Shown: in pieces, positions 37,096 to 50,934 of the stretch
Position numbering within the stretch: position 1 is the stretch's first letter
Layout: the number at the start of each line of letters is the position of its first letter
Assembly: GCA_002269645.1 (NCBI GenBank)
Contig: NIVC01002068.1
Coordinates: 143,342-207,341 of the forward strand
Source: Macrostomum lignano
Taxonomy: Eukaryota
Length of the DNA: 64,000 bases
Direction: 5' to 3'
Notes under the pieces: generated by a model
What the model saw: the letters and a program-made list of their open reading frames with translations, nothing else
Databases searched by the model: none
Told to the model about the DNA's origin: nothing
Position numbers and translations under genes: made by a program

Positions 37096-37868
37096 AGTCG
37101 GCAACATCAATAAGAAAGAATTTAAATAGCTGACACTTGAATGGCACCCTCGCACGCGGAGGTCAAGCAGGAGACACTCGCAGCGCTCCGAACCATTGCA
37201 GTCAAATAGATTAAATTCTCGCTCGTAGAAAAGCGAGAGTTTAAGGCCAATTTGAATCCAGGAGGAGAAAGGAGACCGGGAGAGTGGCGGGACGCCACCC
37301 ATTCAAATGAGCGGCAGGCAGCAGTTGGGATGCAAAGCAGCGTGAGGGAAGAGGCCTCTGGGATTTTCTTGCTCAGATGAAAATTGCTTTCTTTATTCTA
37401 GCAGGACGCTCACCCGATCCTGCCACTCTCCCTGCCATGTCTCCCAGCAGGCGCTCCACAGTCCAGTCCCTCTGTGTCCCTCCGTTCACAAGCCTAGGGA
37501 AACAATGGCCGCTGCGCGCTGGGCAAACAGGACTGGAAGGGCCATGCGGGAGCAGAGATTTTGCTGTTCTGCTGCTGTGTTTTCTGGGCCTCCCATCCAT
37601 GCCAGCCGGGGGCTTTTAGCCGGCGGTCGGTCGATTGATATTGATACGGCGGGCTCAGGGCCTGGCTATGAGGCAGAGCTCCCCCACCCGGAGCCGCCCC
37701 CGGGGTTAAAGCACTTTTGCACCAACAAATCTGATTACATGCGGTTAGATACGCATTCTGCAGCCTTTACTCATGTCTGTGTCCCTCTCTACCAGATCTC
37801 CCTCCCGCTATCGTCCCCTGCCCAGCGATTTCGTCTCTGGAATTTGCGTGTCTGCAAGCTGGTGGGGG

Positions 37869-39630
37869 TGGCAGAGATGGGGGAGATGCAGAGATGCGGG
37901 AGATGCAGAGATGGGGGAGATGCAGAGATGGGGAGATGCAGAGATGAGGGAGATGAAAGAGATGGGAGAGATGCAGAGATGGGGGACATGCAGAGATGGG
38001 GGACATGCAGAGATGGGGGACATGCAGAGATGGGGGAGATGCAGAGATGGGGGACATGCAGAGATGGGGGACATGCAGAGATGGGGGACATGCAGAGATG
38101 GGGGACATGCAGAGATGAGGGAGATGCAGAGATGGGGGAGATGCAGAGATGGGGGAGATGCAGAGATGGGGGAGATGAAAGAGATGGGAGAGATGCAGAG
38201 ATGGGGGAGATGCAGAGATGGGGGACATGCAGAGATGGGGGAGATGCAGAGATGGGGGAGATGCAGAGATGGGGGAGATGCAGAGATGGGGGAGATGCAG
38301 AGATGGGGGAGATGCAGAGATGGGGGAGATGCAGAGATAGGGGAGATGCAGAGATGGGGAGATGGCAGAGATGGGGGAGATGCAGAGATGGGGGAGATGC
38401 AGAGATGGGGGAGATGGCAGAGATGGGGGAGATGCAGAGATGGGGGAGATGCAGAGATGGGGGAGATGCAGAGATGGGGGAGATGCAGAGATGGGGAGAT
38501 GCAGAGATGGGGGAGATGCAGAGATGGGGGAGATGCAGAGATGGGGGAGATGCAGAGATGGGGGAGATGCAGAGATAGGGGAGATGCAGAGATGGGGGAG
38601 ATGGCAGAGATGGGAAAGATGCAGAGATGGGGGAGATGCAGAGATGGGGGAGATGCAGAGATGGGGGAGATGCAGAGATGGGGGAGATGGCAGAGATGGG
38701 GGAGATGCAGAGATGGGGGAGATGGCAGAGATAGGGGGATGCAGAGATGGGGGAGATGCAGAGATGGGGGAGATGGCAGAGATGGGGGAGATGCAGAGAT
38801 GGGGGAGATGCAGAGATGGGGGAGATGCAGAGATGGGGGAGATGCAGAGATGGGGGAGATGCAGAGATGGGGGAGATGCAGAGATGGGGGACATGCAGAG
38901 ATGGGGGAGATGCAGAGATGGGGGAGATGCAGAGATGGGGGAGATGCAGAGATGGGGGAGATGCAGAGATGGGGGAGATGCAGAGATGGGGAAGATGCAG
39001 AGATGGTGAAGATGGCAGAGAGGGTGAGATGAAAGAGATGGGGGAGATGCAGAGATGGGGGAGATGCAGAGATGGGGGAGATGCAGAGATGGGGGAGATG
39101 CAGAGATAGGGGAGATGCAGAGATGGGGGAGATGCAGAGATGGGGGAGATGCAGAGATGGGGGAGATGGCAGAGATGGGGGAGATGCAGAGATGGGGAGA
39201 TGGCAGAGATGGGGGAGATGCAGAGATTGGGGAGATGCAGAGATGGGGGAGATGCAGAGATTGGGGAGATGCAGAGATGGGGGAGATGCAGAGATAGGGG
39301 AGATGCAGAGATGGGGGAGATGGCAGAGATGGGGGAGATGGCAGAGATGGGGAGATGGCTGAGATGGGGGAGACGGCAGAGATGGGGGAGATGCAGAGAT
39401 GGGGGAGATGGCTGAGATGGGGGAGACGGCAGAGATGGGGGAGATGCAGAGATGGGGGAGATGCAGAGATGGGGGAGATGGCAGAGATGGGGGAGATGGC
39501 AGAGATGGGGGAGATGGCTGAGATGGGGGAGATGGCAGAGATGGGGGAGATGGCAGAGATGGGGGAGATGGCTGAGATGGGGGAGACGGCAGAGATGGAG
39601 AGATGCAGAGATGGGGGATGGGAAAGATGG
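37869..39630 (+). repeat. G/A-rich ~17-bp minisatellite (GATGCAGAGATGGGGGA), degenerate
   Basis: Read directly; explains ORFs 37505..39709. Confidence 0.95.
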
Positions 39631-41446
39631 GGAGATGAGGATATGTAGTCATTTTGCAGTCAGGGAGGTGGCAAGCATTCATGCCCATTCCGCTGGCCCC
39701 TGAGCACACACAGGCTCACGGATGCGTACGCACAGGTTTACAACGGCCCCGACTCTCCTATCGTTAGCATTGTTAAGCCTCGATAGCGATGAAGGATAGA
39801 AGTTGGGCTGAAGAGTAGATAAATTGCCTATAAGTTGAAGCGGAGGCAGATTGGGTCGCGTCTTAAGAGGGATGAGACAGGCCAGTCTCTGTGACATTGT
39901 GGCGACTTCATTCGGGCGCCGTCCTCCAGCCTCCAAGACTCCGCGCTGATGCGCGCAGCAGCTTCCGGTCTGGTTGGCTGCAGAACCAGCTTCATCTCTC
40001 CCCCAGACTCCCGCCCTCATCCATTCCGCGCCAGGGTTTATTAAAACGCACCCTTGCACAAGCCCGTCAAGAGCCTGAAGTTCTACCTTGCAGCTCCACC
40101 TGCAAGCTCAGCTGCCGACTTCCGGATGAAGCACAATATATAATGATGAAGATGGGCCATTCAGCTGCTCTACGGCAGGCTATTATTCAAGCAGTGGGCC
40201 TGTCAGAGGAATAATGAGAACGAAGCGGACGAGCGATAGAGCCAGTAATGAATCTTTATTTTTTATTTATTCTCAAGCAAGTGAAATTCTGGAACCGCCT
40301 GGACTGCGTGGGGGAATTTCTGGGATCGTGCGGGCAGAACTGGAAGGGGCAGAGGAGGCTGGGGAGGGAGTCCGGCGACACGGAACTGGTTAAATGACGT
40401 CGTTAGATATATTTGGGGGGTCCGGGGGGGGGGACAAGAAGCGGCGAGAAAAAGAGAAAACGAGGCCCTGCCCAATGCCCGAGATATCCCGCCCCCGGGG
40501 GCCGCTCAAATGAGATTTGTCCTCCCCCATGGTCGAGAAGTGGGAGATCTCGATGCTATTAGCCGCTGGGCCGGGGCGCGCACTGCCGAGTGAGTTTACA
40601 TACATACACAGTTTTCCCAAACTGGCGGCGGATTACAGCGATTTTTTTCATCAGAGGAGTCCGCAGTCAGTACCTCGCAGGGAAATAAGGAAATCCATTA
40701 GGCCAGAGCTGCCTGCACTCTGGGTCCCCCCGGCTTCCTGCGGGAGCTGCTCGCGGGATCCTTCCACTTGGGAGCTGTACGAAGATTACTCAAATTCCCG
40801 CACTCTGCCGCTGATCTGCTGTTAATCCCCGCTAAACCCTTCGGCTCAGACCTGGGGTCAAGTATCCAGCTGTGCTGCGGTGGAACTCTCCATGACGTCA
40901 CTGGGTAGCGGACGGTCGATCGTGCTGCCATGCTGCCGCAACTCAAGGTGTACAGTCCATTCCGCTGTAGGCAGCGCATAGGGGAGGTGACCGCCGAGGC
41001 TTGAAGATCGATTGAAGATGAAGAAGGAAGAGACTCCGCAAATTTGGGGCCCCAGGTGGCCACCGACCCAGGCCAGCTCGTTGCCAAGATGTGTATTTGC
41101 CTTGAAGCACATCAAGAACTTGCCCTTTCTGGGCAAGATAGGCGAGGACGACAGAATCCTCTCGATGATTGCCGAACAGAAATACAACAGATTTTGAAGA
41201 ATTTGATTTTGCTTAAAAGTTGAATATGTTTTTTTATAAATGACACACGTTTTATTGGAACAGGGGCACGCAAGTTCAATAAAGTTTTAAGAAATGATAA
41301 TTGGCGTGTGTTAAAAATCGTTAAAAAGATGGAAACTGATGTTATTTAAACAAATAGCAAGAGTAAGTTTTTTAAACAGAATATCGTGCAACTCAGTGAA
41401 ATCCAGTCAGGAGTAAAAAATATGATGACAATGTAGGTTTGGAGTC

Positions 41447-42115
41447 TATCTATGTCCGCAAATTGTTTCCAAGAAACCGGAGTCAGTCTATGTCCGCAAA
41501 TTGTTTCCTAGAAACCGGAGTATATCTATGTCCGCAAATTGTTTCCTAGAAACCGGAGTATATCTATGTCCGCAAATTGTTTCCTAGAAACCGGAGTATA
41601 TCTATGTCCGCAAATTGTTTCCTAGAAACCGGAGTATATCTATGTCCGCAAATTGTTTCCTAGAAACCGGAGTATATCTATGTCCACAAATTGTTTCATA
41701 GAAACCGGAGTATATCTATGTCCACAAATTGTTTCCTAGAAACCGGAGTCTATCTATGTCCACAAATTGTTTCATAGAAACCGGAGTATATCTATGTCCA
41801 CAAATTGTTTCATAGAAACCGGAGTATATCTATGTCCACAAATTGTTTCATAGAAACCGGAGTATATCTATGTCCACAAATTGTTTCATAGAAACCGGAG
41901 TATATCTATGTCCACAAATTGTTTCATAGAAACCGGAGTCTATCTGTGCCCGCAAATTGTTTCCTAGAAACCAGAGTCTATCTATGCCCGCAAATTGTTT
42001 CCTAGAAACCGGGGTATTTCCACAAGTTGTCTCCTAGAAACCGGAGTATTTCCACAAGTTGTTTCCTAGAAACCGGAGTATGTCCGCAAGTTGTTTTCAA
42101 GAAACCGGAGTCTAT
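41447..42115 (+). repeat. 38-bp minisatellite (CTATGTCCGCAAATTGTTTCCTAGAAACCGGAGTATAT, ~17 copies)
   Basis: Read directly; each unit has a GTTTC-CTA-GAAAC inverted repeat. Confidence 0.95.
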
Positions 42116-42640
42116 TTATGTTTAAGCGGAGGGATTAGTATTCAGTAGAGGCAGCACATTTTGTAGTCAGCAAGGCAGGATAGTCCAGACATTGTTTTAT
42201 TTCGGTATTGTTTCCAAGAAACCGGAGTCGCAAAGCTCTATTTAGTTTTTCTGCAAGGAAGCGATCAATTACACGCTGGGCAGGCACCGGTTGGCATGGG
42301 GGCGGATCGGTAATGCCAGTGCAAACGCGGGGACCGCAGTTTTTGCACCGAATAAATGTAGAGCAACCTCCAAAGTCGGCAATTCTTTGATCCTTTTTTA
42401 AATTACTTTTCTTCCCAAAATGGCAAAATCTTTCTATCGGCTGAGCAGAACAACGATCGGATCGGATTGAGAAGTGTTGCCTGGACACAGGGAGTTTGGT
42501 GTGAGGAAGGGAGCTCAGCTCGCCCAGACAATTTCCCAACTTCCGGAGGGTTCGCATGTCGAACTGAGGGGGGGACTGTCCTTTTAAATCCAACAACTTG
42601 CCGCTGCCTTCCTTACAAGAAGGGAAAAGAGCGGAGAGGA

Positions 42641-45091
42641 GAGCGGATCAGGGGATCAGGGGATCAGGAAGCGGAGGGGATCAGGAAGCGGAGGGGATCA
42701 GGAAGCGGAGGGGATCAGGAAGCGGAGGGGATCAGGAAGCGGAGGGGATCAGGAAGCGGAGGGGATCAGGAAGCGGAGGGGATCAGGAAGCGGAGGGGAT
42801 CAGGAAGCGGAGGGGATCAGGAAGCGGAGGGGATCAGGAAGCGGAGGGGATCAGGAAGCGGAGGGGATCAGGAAGCGGAGGGGATCAGGAAGCGGAGGGG
42901 ATCAGGAAGCGGAGGGGATCAGGAAGCGGAGGGGATCAGGAAGCGGAGGGGATCAGGAAGCGGAGGGGATCAGGAAGCGGAGGGGATCAGGAAGCGGAGG
43001 GGATCAGGAAGCGGAGGGGATCAGGAAGCGGAGGGGATCAGGAAGCGGAGGGGATCAGGAAGCGGAGGGGATCAGGAAGCGGAGGGGATCAGGAAGCGGA
43101 GGGGATCAGGAAGCGGAGGGGATCAGGAAGCGGAGGGGATCAGGAAGCGGAGGGGATCAGGAAGCGGAGGGGATCAGGAAGCGGAGGGGATCAGGAAGCG
43201 GAGGGGATCAGGAAGCGGAGGGGATCAGGAAGCGGAGGGGATCAGGAAGCGGAGGGGATCAGGAAGCGGAGGGGATCAGGAAGCGGAGGGGATCAGGAAG
43301 CGGAGGGGATCAGGAAGCGGAGGGGATCAGGAAGCGGAGGGGATCAGGAAGCGGAGGGGATCAGGAAGCGGAGGGGATCAGGAAGCGGAGGGGATCAGGA
43401 AGCGGAGGGGATCAGGAAGCGGAGGGGATCAGGAAGCGGAGGGGATCAGGAAGCGGAGGGGATCAGGAAGCGGAGGGGATCAGGAAGCGGAGGGGATCAG
43501 GAAGCGGAGGGGATCAGGAAGCGGAGGGGATCAGGAAGCGGAGGGGATCAGGAAGCGGAGGGGATCAGGAAGCGGAGGGGATCAGGAAGCGGAGGGATCA
43601 GGAAGCGGAGGGGATCAGGAAGCGGAGGGGATCAGGAAGCGGAGGGGATCAGGAAGCGGAGGGGATCAGGAAGCGGAGGGGATCAGGAAGCGGAGGGGAT
43701 CAGGAAGCGGAGGGGATCAGGAAGCGGAGGGGATCAGGAAGCGGAGGGGATCAGGAAGCGGAGGGGATCAGGAAGCGGAGGGGATCAGGAAGCGGAGGGG
43801 ATCAGGAAGCGGAGGGGATCAGGAAGCGGAGGGGATCAGGAAGCGGAGGGGATCAGGAAGCGGAGGGGATCAGGAAGCGGAGGGGATCAGGAAGCGGAGG
43901 GGATCAGGAAGCGGAGGGGATCAGGAAGCGGAGGGGATCAGGAAGCGGAGGGGATCAGGAAGCGGAGGGGATCAGGAAGCGGAGGGGATCAGGAAGCGGA
44001 GGGGATCAGGAAGCGGAGGGGATCAGGAAGCGGAGGGGATCAGGAAGCGGAGGGGATCAGGAAGCGGAGGGGATCAGGAAGCGGAGGGGATCAGGAAGCG
44101 GAGGGGATCAGGAAGCGGAGGGGATCAGGAAGCGGAGGGGATCAGGAAGCGGAGGGGATCAGGAAGCGGAGGGGATCAGGAAGCGGAGGGGATCAGGAAG
44201 CGGAGGGGATCAGGAAGCGGAGGGGATCAGGAAGCGGAGGGGATCAGGAAGCGGAGGGGATCAGGAAGCGGAGGGGATCAGGAAGCGGAGGGGATCAGGA
44301 AGCGGAGGGGATCAGGAAGCGGAGGGGATCAGGAAGCGGAGGGGATCAGGAAGCGGAGGGGATCAGGAAGCGGAGGGGATCAGGAAGCGGAGGGGATCAG
44401 GAAGCGGAGGGGATCAGGAAGCGGAGGGGATCAGGAAGCGGAGGGGATCAGGAAGCGGAGGGGATCAGGAAGCGGAGGGGATCAGGAAGCGGAGGGGATC
44501 AGGAGGCGGAGGGGATCAGGAAGCGGAGGGGATCAGGAAGCGGAGGGGATCAGGAAGCGGAGGGGATCAGGAAGCGGAGGGGATCAGGAAGCGGAGGGGA
44601 TCAGGAAGCGGAGGGGATCAGGAAGCGGAGGGGATCAGGAAGCGGAGGGGATCAGGAAGCGGAGGGGATCAGGAAGCGGAGGGGATCAGGAAGCGGAGGG
44701 GATCAGGAAGCGGAGGGGATCAGGAAGCGGAGGGGATCAGGAAGCGGAGGGGATCAGGAAGCGGAGGGGATCAGGAAGCGGAGGGGATCAGGAAGCGGAG
44801 GGGATCAGGAAGCGGAGGGGATCAGGAAGCGGAGGGGATCAGGAAGCGGAGGGGATCAGGAAGCGGAGGGGATCAGGAAGCGGAGGGGATCAGGAAGCGG
44901 AGGGGATCAGGAAGCGGAGGGGATCAGGAAGCGGAGGGGATCAGGAAGCGGAGGGGATCAGGAAGCGGAGGGGATCAGGAAGCGGAGGGGATCAGGAAGC
45001 GGAGGGGATCAGGAAGCGGAGGGGATCAGGAAGCGGAGGGGATCAGGAAGCGGAGGGGATCAGGAAGCGGAGGGGATCAGGAAGCGGAGGG
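42641..45091 (+). repeat. Near-perfect 17-bp minisatellite (GAAGCGGAGGGGATCAG, ~143 copies)
   Basis: Read directly; only isolated variants (~43596, ~44505). Confidence 0.99.
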
Positions 45092-45984
45092 ATTAGTATT
45101 CTGTAGAGGCAGTACATTTAGTTGTCAGCAAGACAGGTCAGTCCAGACATTGTCTTATTTCGGTATTCGAACTGTGAACGCCTTTGTTGTTGAGTTTGCC
45201 CCAAGGCCAGGTGAGATTAGGCACCTCTGGTTAGCTTTTTTACGCGGGTCAGAATTAGTCCAATGTAGCCGGGTGAAGTGCTAATTCTTTGATCGCTGCT
45301 GTAGGCTGCTGTGGAAATGCCTCAGCCTCCCTAACAGCCCTCCCCATTGTGAGGCCCGCCGCTGTGCCGATCAAGGACCTGATGTGATGTCTTGCAGCGA
45401 GAGAAGGGCAGAAGGGAGTCATGGGGAGCAGCCAGACCGGACAGTGTTGAGCTGTCCGACTAGGCCAGGTGGGTAATTGAATGGCATGGGGCCGCAGTTC
45501 TCTGATTGAGTCCGGAAATGGGTCCCAGCGGAGTTGTTGGAGCGGCTGAGTCCGGGGCCTTTGCCCTCGCTTTTGTCCCCGCTTGAGAAACTTTAACCTT
45601 TGCGCATTCAAGGTGGCCCACAGCCAGCCAGACCCCTGGAGTGGCAGTTCTTCCCCGAGCTGCCCCTTCTCAGACAGCTGTTTTCAGTTTACACCCTGCC
45701 GCAGAATTCGGCCTTTCATCATTTTATGTGAAGTCCCTAATTTCCGAAGCGCCGGTGCTTCACAAGACCGAAATTTTGGCATCGCCAGAAAGTTTTAAAC
45801 ATCCACTTTTGTGTTAAAATGAAACAAAATTAGGCGATGTAAATTGCCCTTTCCAAAGCCCCTTTAAAAAACTGTATATCGATTTTTCTTATCTGTACGT
45901 TGAACCCCATCCAAAGCGCCCTTCCAACCCATACAGCTTCCGTCTACGCTCGTATCGTCAAGTCGTGCCTTGCGTTCAAACCGC

Positions 45985-46410
45985 CCCAGCTTGTTTATTT
46001 TCTGTCTGCCCCGCTATCAGTGCTCCCCCCAACTTGTCTATTTTCTGTCTGCCCCGCTATCAGTGCTCCCCCCAACTTGTCTATTTTCTGTCTGCCCCGC
46101 TATCAGTGCTCCTCCCCAACTTGTTTATTTTCTGTCTGCCCCGCTATCAGTGCCCCCCCAACTTGTCTATTTTCTGTCTGCCCCGCTATCAGTGCCCCCC
46201 CCAACTTGTCTATTTTCTGTCTGCCCCGCTATCAGTGCCCCCCAACTTGTCTATTTTCTGTCTGCCCCGCTATCAGTGCTCCCCTCCAACTTGTTTATTT
46301 TCTGTCTGCCCCGCTATCAGTGCCCCCCCCCAACTTGTCTATTTTCTGTCTGCCCCGCTATCAGTGCTCCCCCCCAACTTGTCTATTTGCTGTCTGCCCC
46401 GCTATCAGTG
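45985..46410 (+). repeat. ~43-bp pyrimidine-rich minisatellite (~10 copies)
   Basis: Unit CCAACTTGTCTATTTTCTGTCTGCCCCGCTATCAGTGCTCCCC with a variable C run. Confidence 0.93.
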
Positions 46411-47130
46411 CGCCCGCTGGTTGATTTTTCACCTCTTAAACCATCGATTTTAGCACCGACAGGCAAGATTTTAGCGCTAATTTAGCGCCGGCAAGTAGTG
46501 CAATAAGTTTGTACTCAAATACCGTAAATTTATATTCAGCTTTAAAGTGAGACCAAGTGGATCAAAGCTCAGTTAACCTCAACTAAACCGAAGTTACGAA
46601 TGTGTCACCCGCTCTGAGAGAGGGGGTCAGTGAGAGCGCGGGTGCTCAATTTGATGGAGTGCATGACGCAGAGAATTAATTTGAAAAAAAGCAACTTTTT
46701 ATTCAATTTTTTATTTGGTTTTTTGAGTTTTGAGTTCGATTGACAGAGAGCTTGCTCAGAACAACGCGGGATCCAACTCAAACCCATTGTTGAACAAGTT
46801 TATGGAGGCCAAGTCATAAATGGGATGATTTTTCCCCGAGAGTTTTCTCTGCAACTGGATTGAAACAATTAAATTCAAACGCATTGAATCGATTTTTAGA
46901 ATTGGGTAAAGCAAAAAATTGCATGCTTGATTGGCAAAAATTGGCAACAATTGATCCATCAATGCAAATTTTAATGGGCTTCTTTATCAACTGGAAAAAT
47001 GAAAAATAGAAATTAAATGAGGAATAAAATGAAAAATTGGCTAAAATGTTTGCGAGGTAAAGTTTAAAATCAAAATTAACTTGCTTGTAGATTCAAAATT
47101 GAATAGCAAACGGTAGATTTAAGCTCGATG

Positions 47131-49255
47131 GTAGATAAGAAAGGGTAGAATAGGATTCAATGGTAGATATAAGAATGGTAGACGCGGATTCAATGGTAGA
47201 TATAAGAAAGGTAGACGCGGATTCAATGGTAGATATAAGAAAGGTAGACGCGGATTCAATGGTAGATATAAGAATAGTAGACACGGGTTCAATGGTAGAT
47301 ATAAGAAAGGTAGACGCGGATTCAATGGTAGATATAAGAATAGTAGACACGGGTTCAATGGTAGATATAAGAATAGTAGACACGGGTTCAATGGTAGATA
47401 TAAGAAAGGTAGACGCGGATTCAATGGTAGATATAAGAATAGTAGACACGGGTTCAATGGTAGATATAAGAATAGTAGACACGGGTTCAATGGTAGATAT
47501 AAGAAAGGTAGACGCGGATTCAATGGTAGATATAAGAATGGTAGACGCGGATTCAATGGTAGATATAAGAAAGGTAGACGCGGATTCAATGGTAGATATA
47601 AGAAAGGTAGACACGGATTCAATGGTAGATATAAGAAAGGTAGACGCGGATTCAATGGTAGATATAAGAAAGGTAGACACGGATTCAATGGTAGATATAA
47701 GAAAGGTAGACGCGGATTCAATGGTAGATATAAGAATAGTAGACACGGGTTCAATGGTAGATATAAGAATAGTAGACACGGGTTCAATGGTAGATATAAG
47801 AATGGTAGACACGGATTCAATGGTAGATATAAGAAAGGTAGACACGGATTCAATGGTAGAAATAAGAAAGGTAGACGCGGATTCAATGGTAGATATAAGA
47901 AAGGTAGACGCGGATTCAATGGTAGATATAAGAAAGGTAGACACGGATTCAATGGTAGATATAAGAAAGGTAGACGCGGATTCAATGGTAGATATAAGAA
48001 AGGTAGACACGGATTCAATGGTAGATATAAGAAAGGTAGACGCGGATTCAATGGTAGATATAAGAAAGGTAGACACGGGTTCAATGGTAGATATAAGAAT
48101 AGTAGACACGGGTTCAATGGTAGATATAAGAATGGTAGACACGGATTCAATGGTAGATATAAGAAAGGTAGACACGGATTCAATGGTAGAAATAAGAAAG
48201 GTAGACGCGGATTCAATGGTAGATATAAGAAAGGTAGACGCGGATTCAATGGTAGATATAAGAAAGGTAGACACGGATTCAATGGTAGATATAAGAATAG
48301 TAGACACGGGTTCAATGGTAGATATAAGAAAGGTAGACGCGGATTCAATGGTAGATATAAGAAAGGTAGACGCGGATTCAATGGTAGATATAAGAAAGGT
48401 AGACGCGGATTCAATGGTAGATATAAGAAAGGTAGACACGGATTCAATGGTAGATATAAGAAATGTAGACGCGGATTCAATGGTAGATATAAGAAAGGTA
48501 GACACGGATTCAATGGTAGATATAAGAAAGGTAGACGCGGATTCAATGGTAGATATAAGAATAGTAGACACGGGTTCAATGGTAGATATAAGAATAGTAG
48601 ACACGGGTTCAATGGTAGATATAAGAATAGTAGACACGGGTTCAATGGTAGATATAAGAAAGGTAGACACGGATTCAATGGTAGAAATAAGAAAGGTAGA
48701 CGCGGATTCAATGGTAGATATAAGAAAGGTAGACGCGGATTCAATGGTAGATATAAGAAAGGTAGACACGGATTTAATGGCAGATATAAGAAAGGTAGAC
48801 GCGGATTCAATGGTAGATATAAGAAAGGTAGACGCGGATTCAATGGTAGATATAAGAATAGTAGACACGGGTTCAATGGTAGATATAAGAAAGGTAGACG
48901 CGGATTCAATGGTAGATATAAGAAAGGTAGACACGGATTCAATGGCAGATATAAGAAAGGTAGACGCGGATTCAATGGTAGATATAAGAAAGGTAGACGC
49001 GGATTCAATGGTAGATATAAGAATAGTAGACACGGGTTCAATGGTAGATATAAGAAAGGTAGACACAGATTCAATGGTAGATATAAGAAAGGTAGACGCG
49101 GATTCAATGGTAGATATAAGAATAGTAGACACGGGTTCAATGGTAGATATAAGAATGGTAGACACGGATTCAATGGCAGATATAAGAAAGGTAGACGCAG
49201 ATTCAATGGTAGATATAAGAAAGGTAGACGCGGATTCAATGGTAGATATAAAAAT
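47131..49255 (+). repeat. 33-bp minisatellite (ATTCAATGGTAGATATAAGAAAGGTAGACGCGG, ~64 copies, 3 main variants)
   Basis: Read directly; explains the ~700-aa ORFs on both strands. Confidence 0.98.
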
Positions 49256-49517
49256 ATAAGCATGACTTCGGCAGTGATGCAAATGGAGACGCAACAAAGA
49301 ATCTTTCGCACCTGCTACGGGTGCTAAACGACGCTTATCCAGTCGAAAATGGGAATTTTATTTTTGTTACATTAGATAGGGGAGCTGTTTCTGTTGCTCG
49401 ACCGAGCGTGCCAGTATGAGATCGATTTGGGATAAATTTCTTTGAGTCCCGCCCTGTCAGTCTACAGACCGGTTATATTGATAATTATTTCTACTCATAT
49501 TTCGTTACCATTGTCAG

Positions 49518-49630
49518 GTAATGGACGGAGTGTGGCCGTTAGCAAAGATTCTGTGCGACCTGTGGATCATGTGCGACGCCTTGTTCTCTACTGCGTCAAT
49601 CCTCAACCTGGTTGCCATTAGCATCGACAG
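49518..49630 (+). CDS. DRD2: D2-like dopamine receptor, exon 2: ECL1 and TM3
   Basis: TTGTCAG|[37 protein letters not shown](R)|GTGAGA; TM3 amine-binding Asp present; phase 0 in, phase 2 out. Not in ORF track. Confidence 0.92.
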
Positions 49631-49697
49631 GTGAGAGACAGAATACGCAAGTGATAGCTTCGCGAGGCTAAGGTAGTAAAACTACTGCGGAAAAAGT

Positions 49698-50570
49698 ACA
49701 GTTGCTATGGTGATGAAACAGTTGCTATGGTGATGGATCGGTTGCTATGGTGATGGATCGGTTGCTATGGTGATGGATCAGTTGCTATGGTGATGGATCA
49801 GTTGCTATGGTGATTGAACAGTTGCTATGGTGATGGATCAGTTGCTATGGTGATGGATCAGTTGCTATGGTGATGGATCAGTTGCTATGGTGATGGATCA
49901 GTTGCTATGGTGATGGATCAGTTGCTATGGTGATGGAACAGTTGCTGTGGTGATGGAACAGTTGCTATGGGGATGGAACAGTTGCTATGGGGGTGGAACA
50001 GTTGCTATGATGGAACAGTTGCTATGATGGAACAGTTGCTATAGTGCTAGAACAGTTGCTATGTGGATGGAAAATTTGCTATGGTGATGGAACAGTTGCT
50101 ATGGTGATGGATCAGTTGTTATTATGATGGAACAGTTGCTATGGAAATGGAACAGTTGCTATAGTGTTGGAACAGGTTCTATAGTGATGGAACGGTTGCT
50201 ATGGTGATAAAACAGTTGCTATGGTGATGGATCAGTTGCTATGGAGATGGAACAGTTGCTATGGGGATGGAACAATTACTATGGTAATGAAACAGTTGCC
50301 ATGGTAATGGATCAGTTGCTACGAGGAAGGTTCATTTGCTATGGTGAAGGTTCAGTTGCTATGGAGAAGGTTCAGTTGCCATGGTGATGGATCAGTTGCT
50401 ACGAGGAAGGTTCAGTTGCTATGGTAAAGTTTCAGTTGCTACGAAGAAGGTTCAGTTGCTATGGCGAAGGTTCAGTTGCTATGGCGAAGGTTCAGTTGCT
50501 ACGAAGAAGGTTCAGTTGCTATGGAGAAGGTTCAGTTGCTATGGAGAAGGTTCAGTTGCTATGGAAGAGT
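49698..50570 (+). repeat. ~20-bp minisatellite (CAGTTGCTATGGTGATGGAT grading into CAGTTGCTATGGAGAAGGTT)
   Basis: Read directly. Confidence 0.93.
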
Positions 50571-50934
50571 TACAAAAAGGGAACAATTCGCGGAACGCAT
50601 TTTTACGATAAAATAAACAGCTTAGATAAAAATTGCTCATCCACGGTGTCCCTACCGAGCTCTCTCACCTCTGGCCCGTGCCTGAAGCCAGTCCGAGTGC
50701 CCGGCAATGAGATTCTGCATACTTTTATCTGATTGTATCCGGGCTGAGGAAATTGCAATCTATCGAATATTTGATCGGATTGGTTCGCCCCCCTCCCGGC
50801 AGTCAAGGTAGAACGGCGTGTAAAAATAAACTCCGGAATGAAATCAGCGCCCCAAACTCTGGCTTAGGAAATTGCATTATCTATGCAAAATCTGCCTGCC
50901 CCGCATTCATTAGCTTAATTGCAGCGGTGTCTTT

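Noticed and set aside
45255-45800. Possible LINE 3' zinc-knuckle remnant (CP...PFCP...HHI)
   Set aside because: The match is too weak to support by eye.
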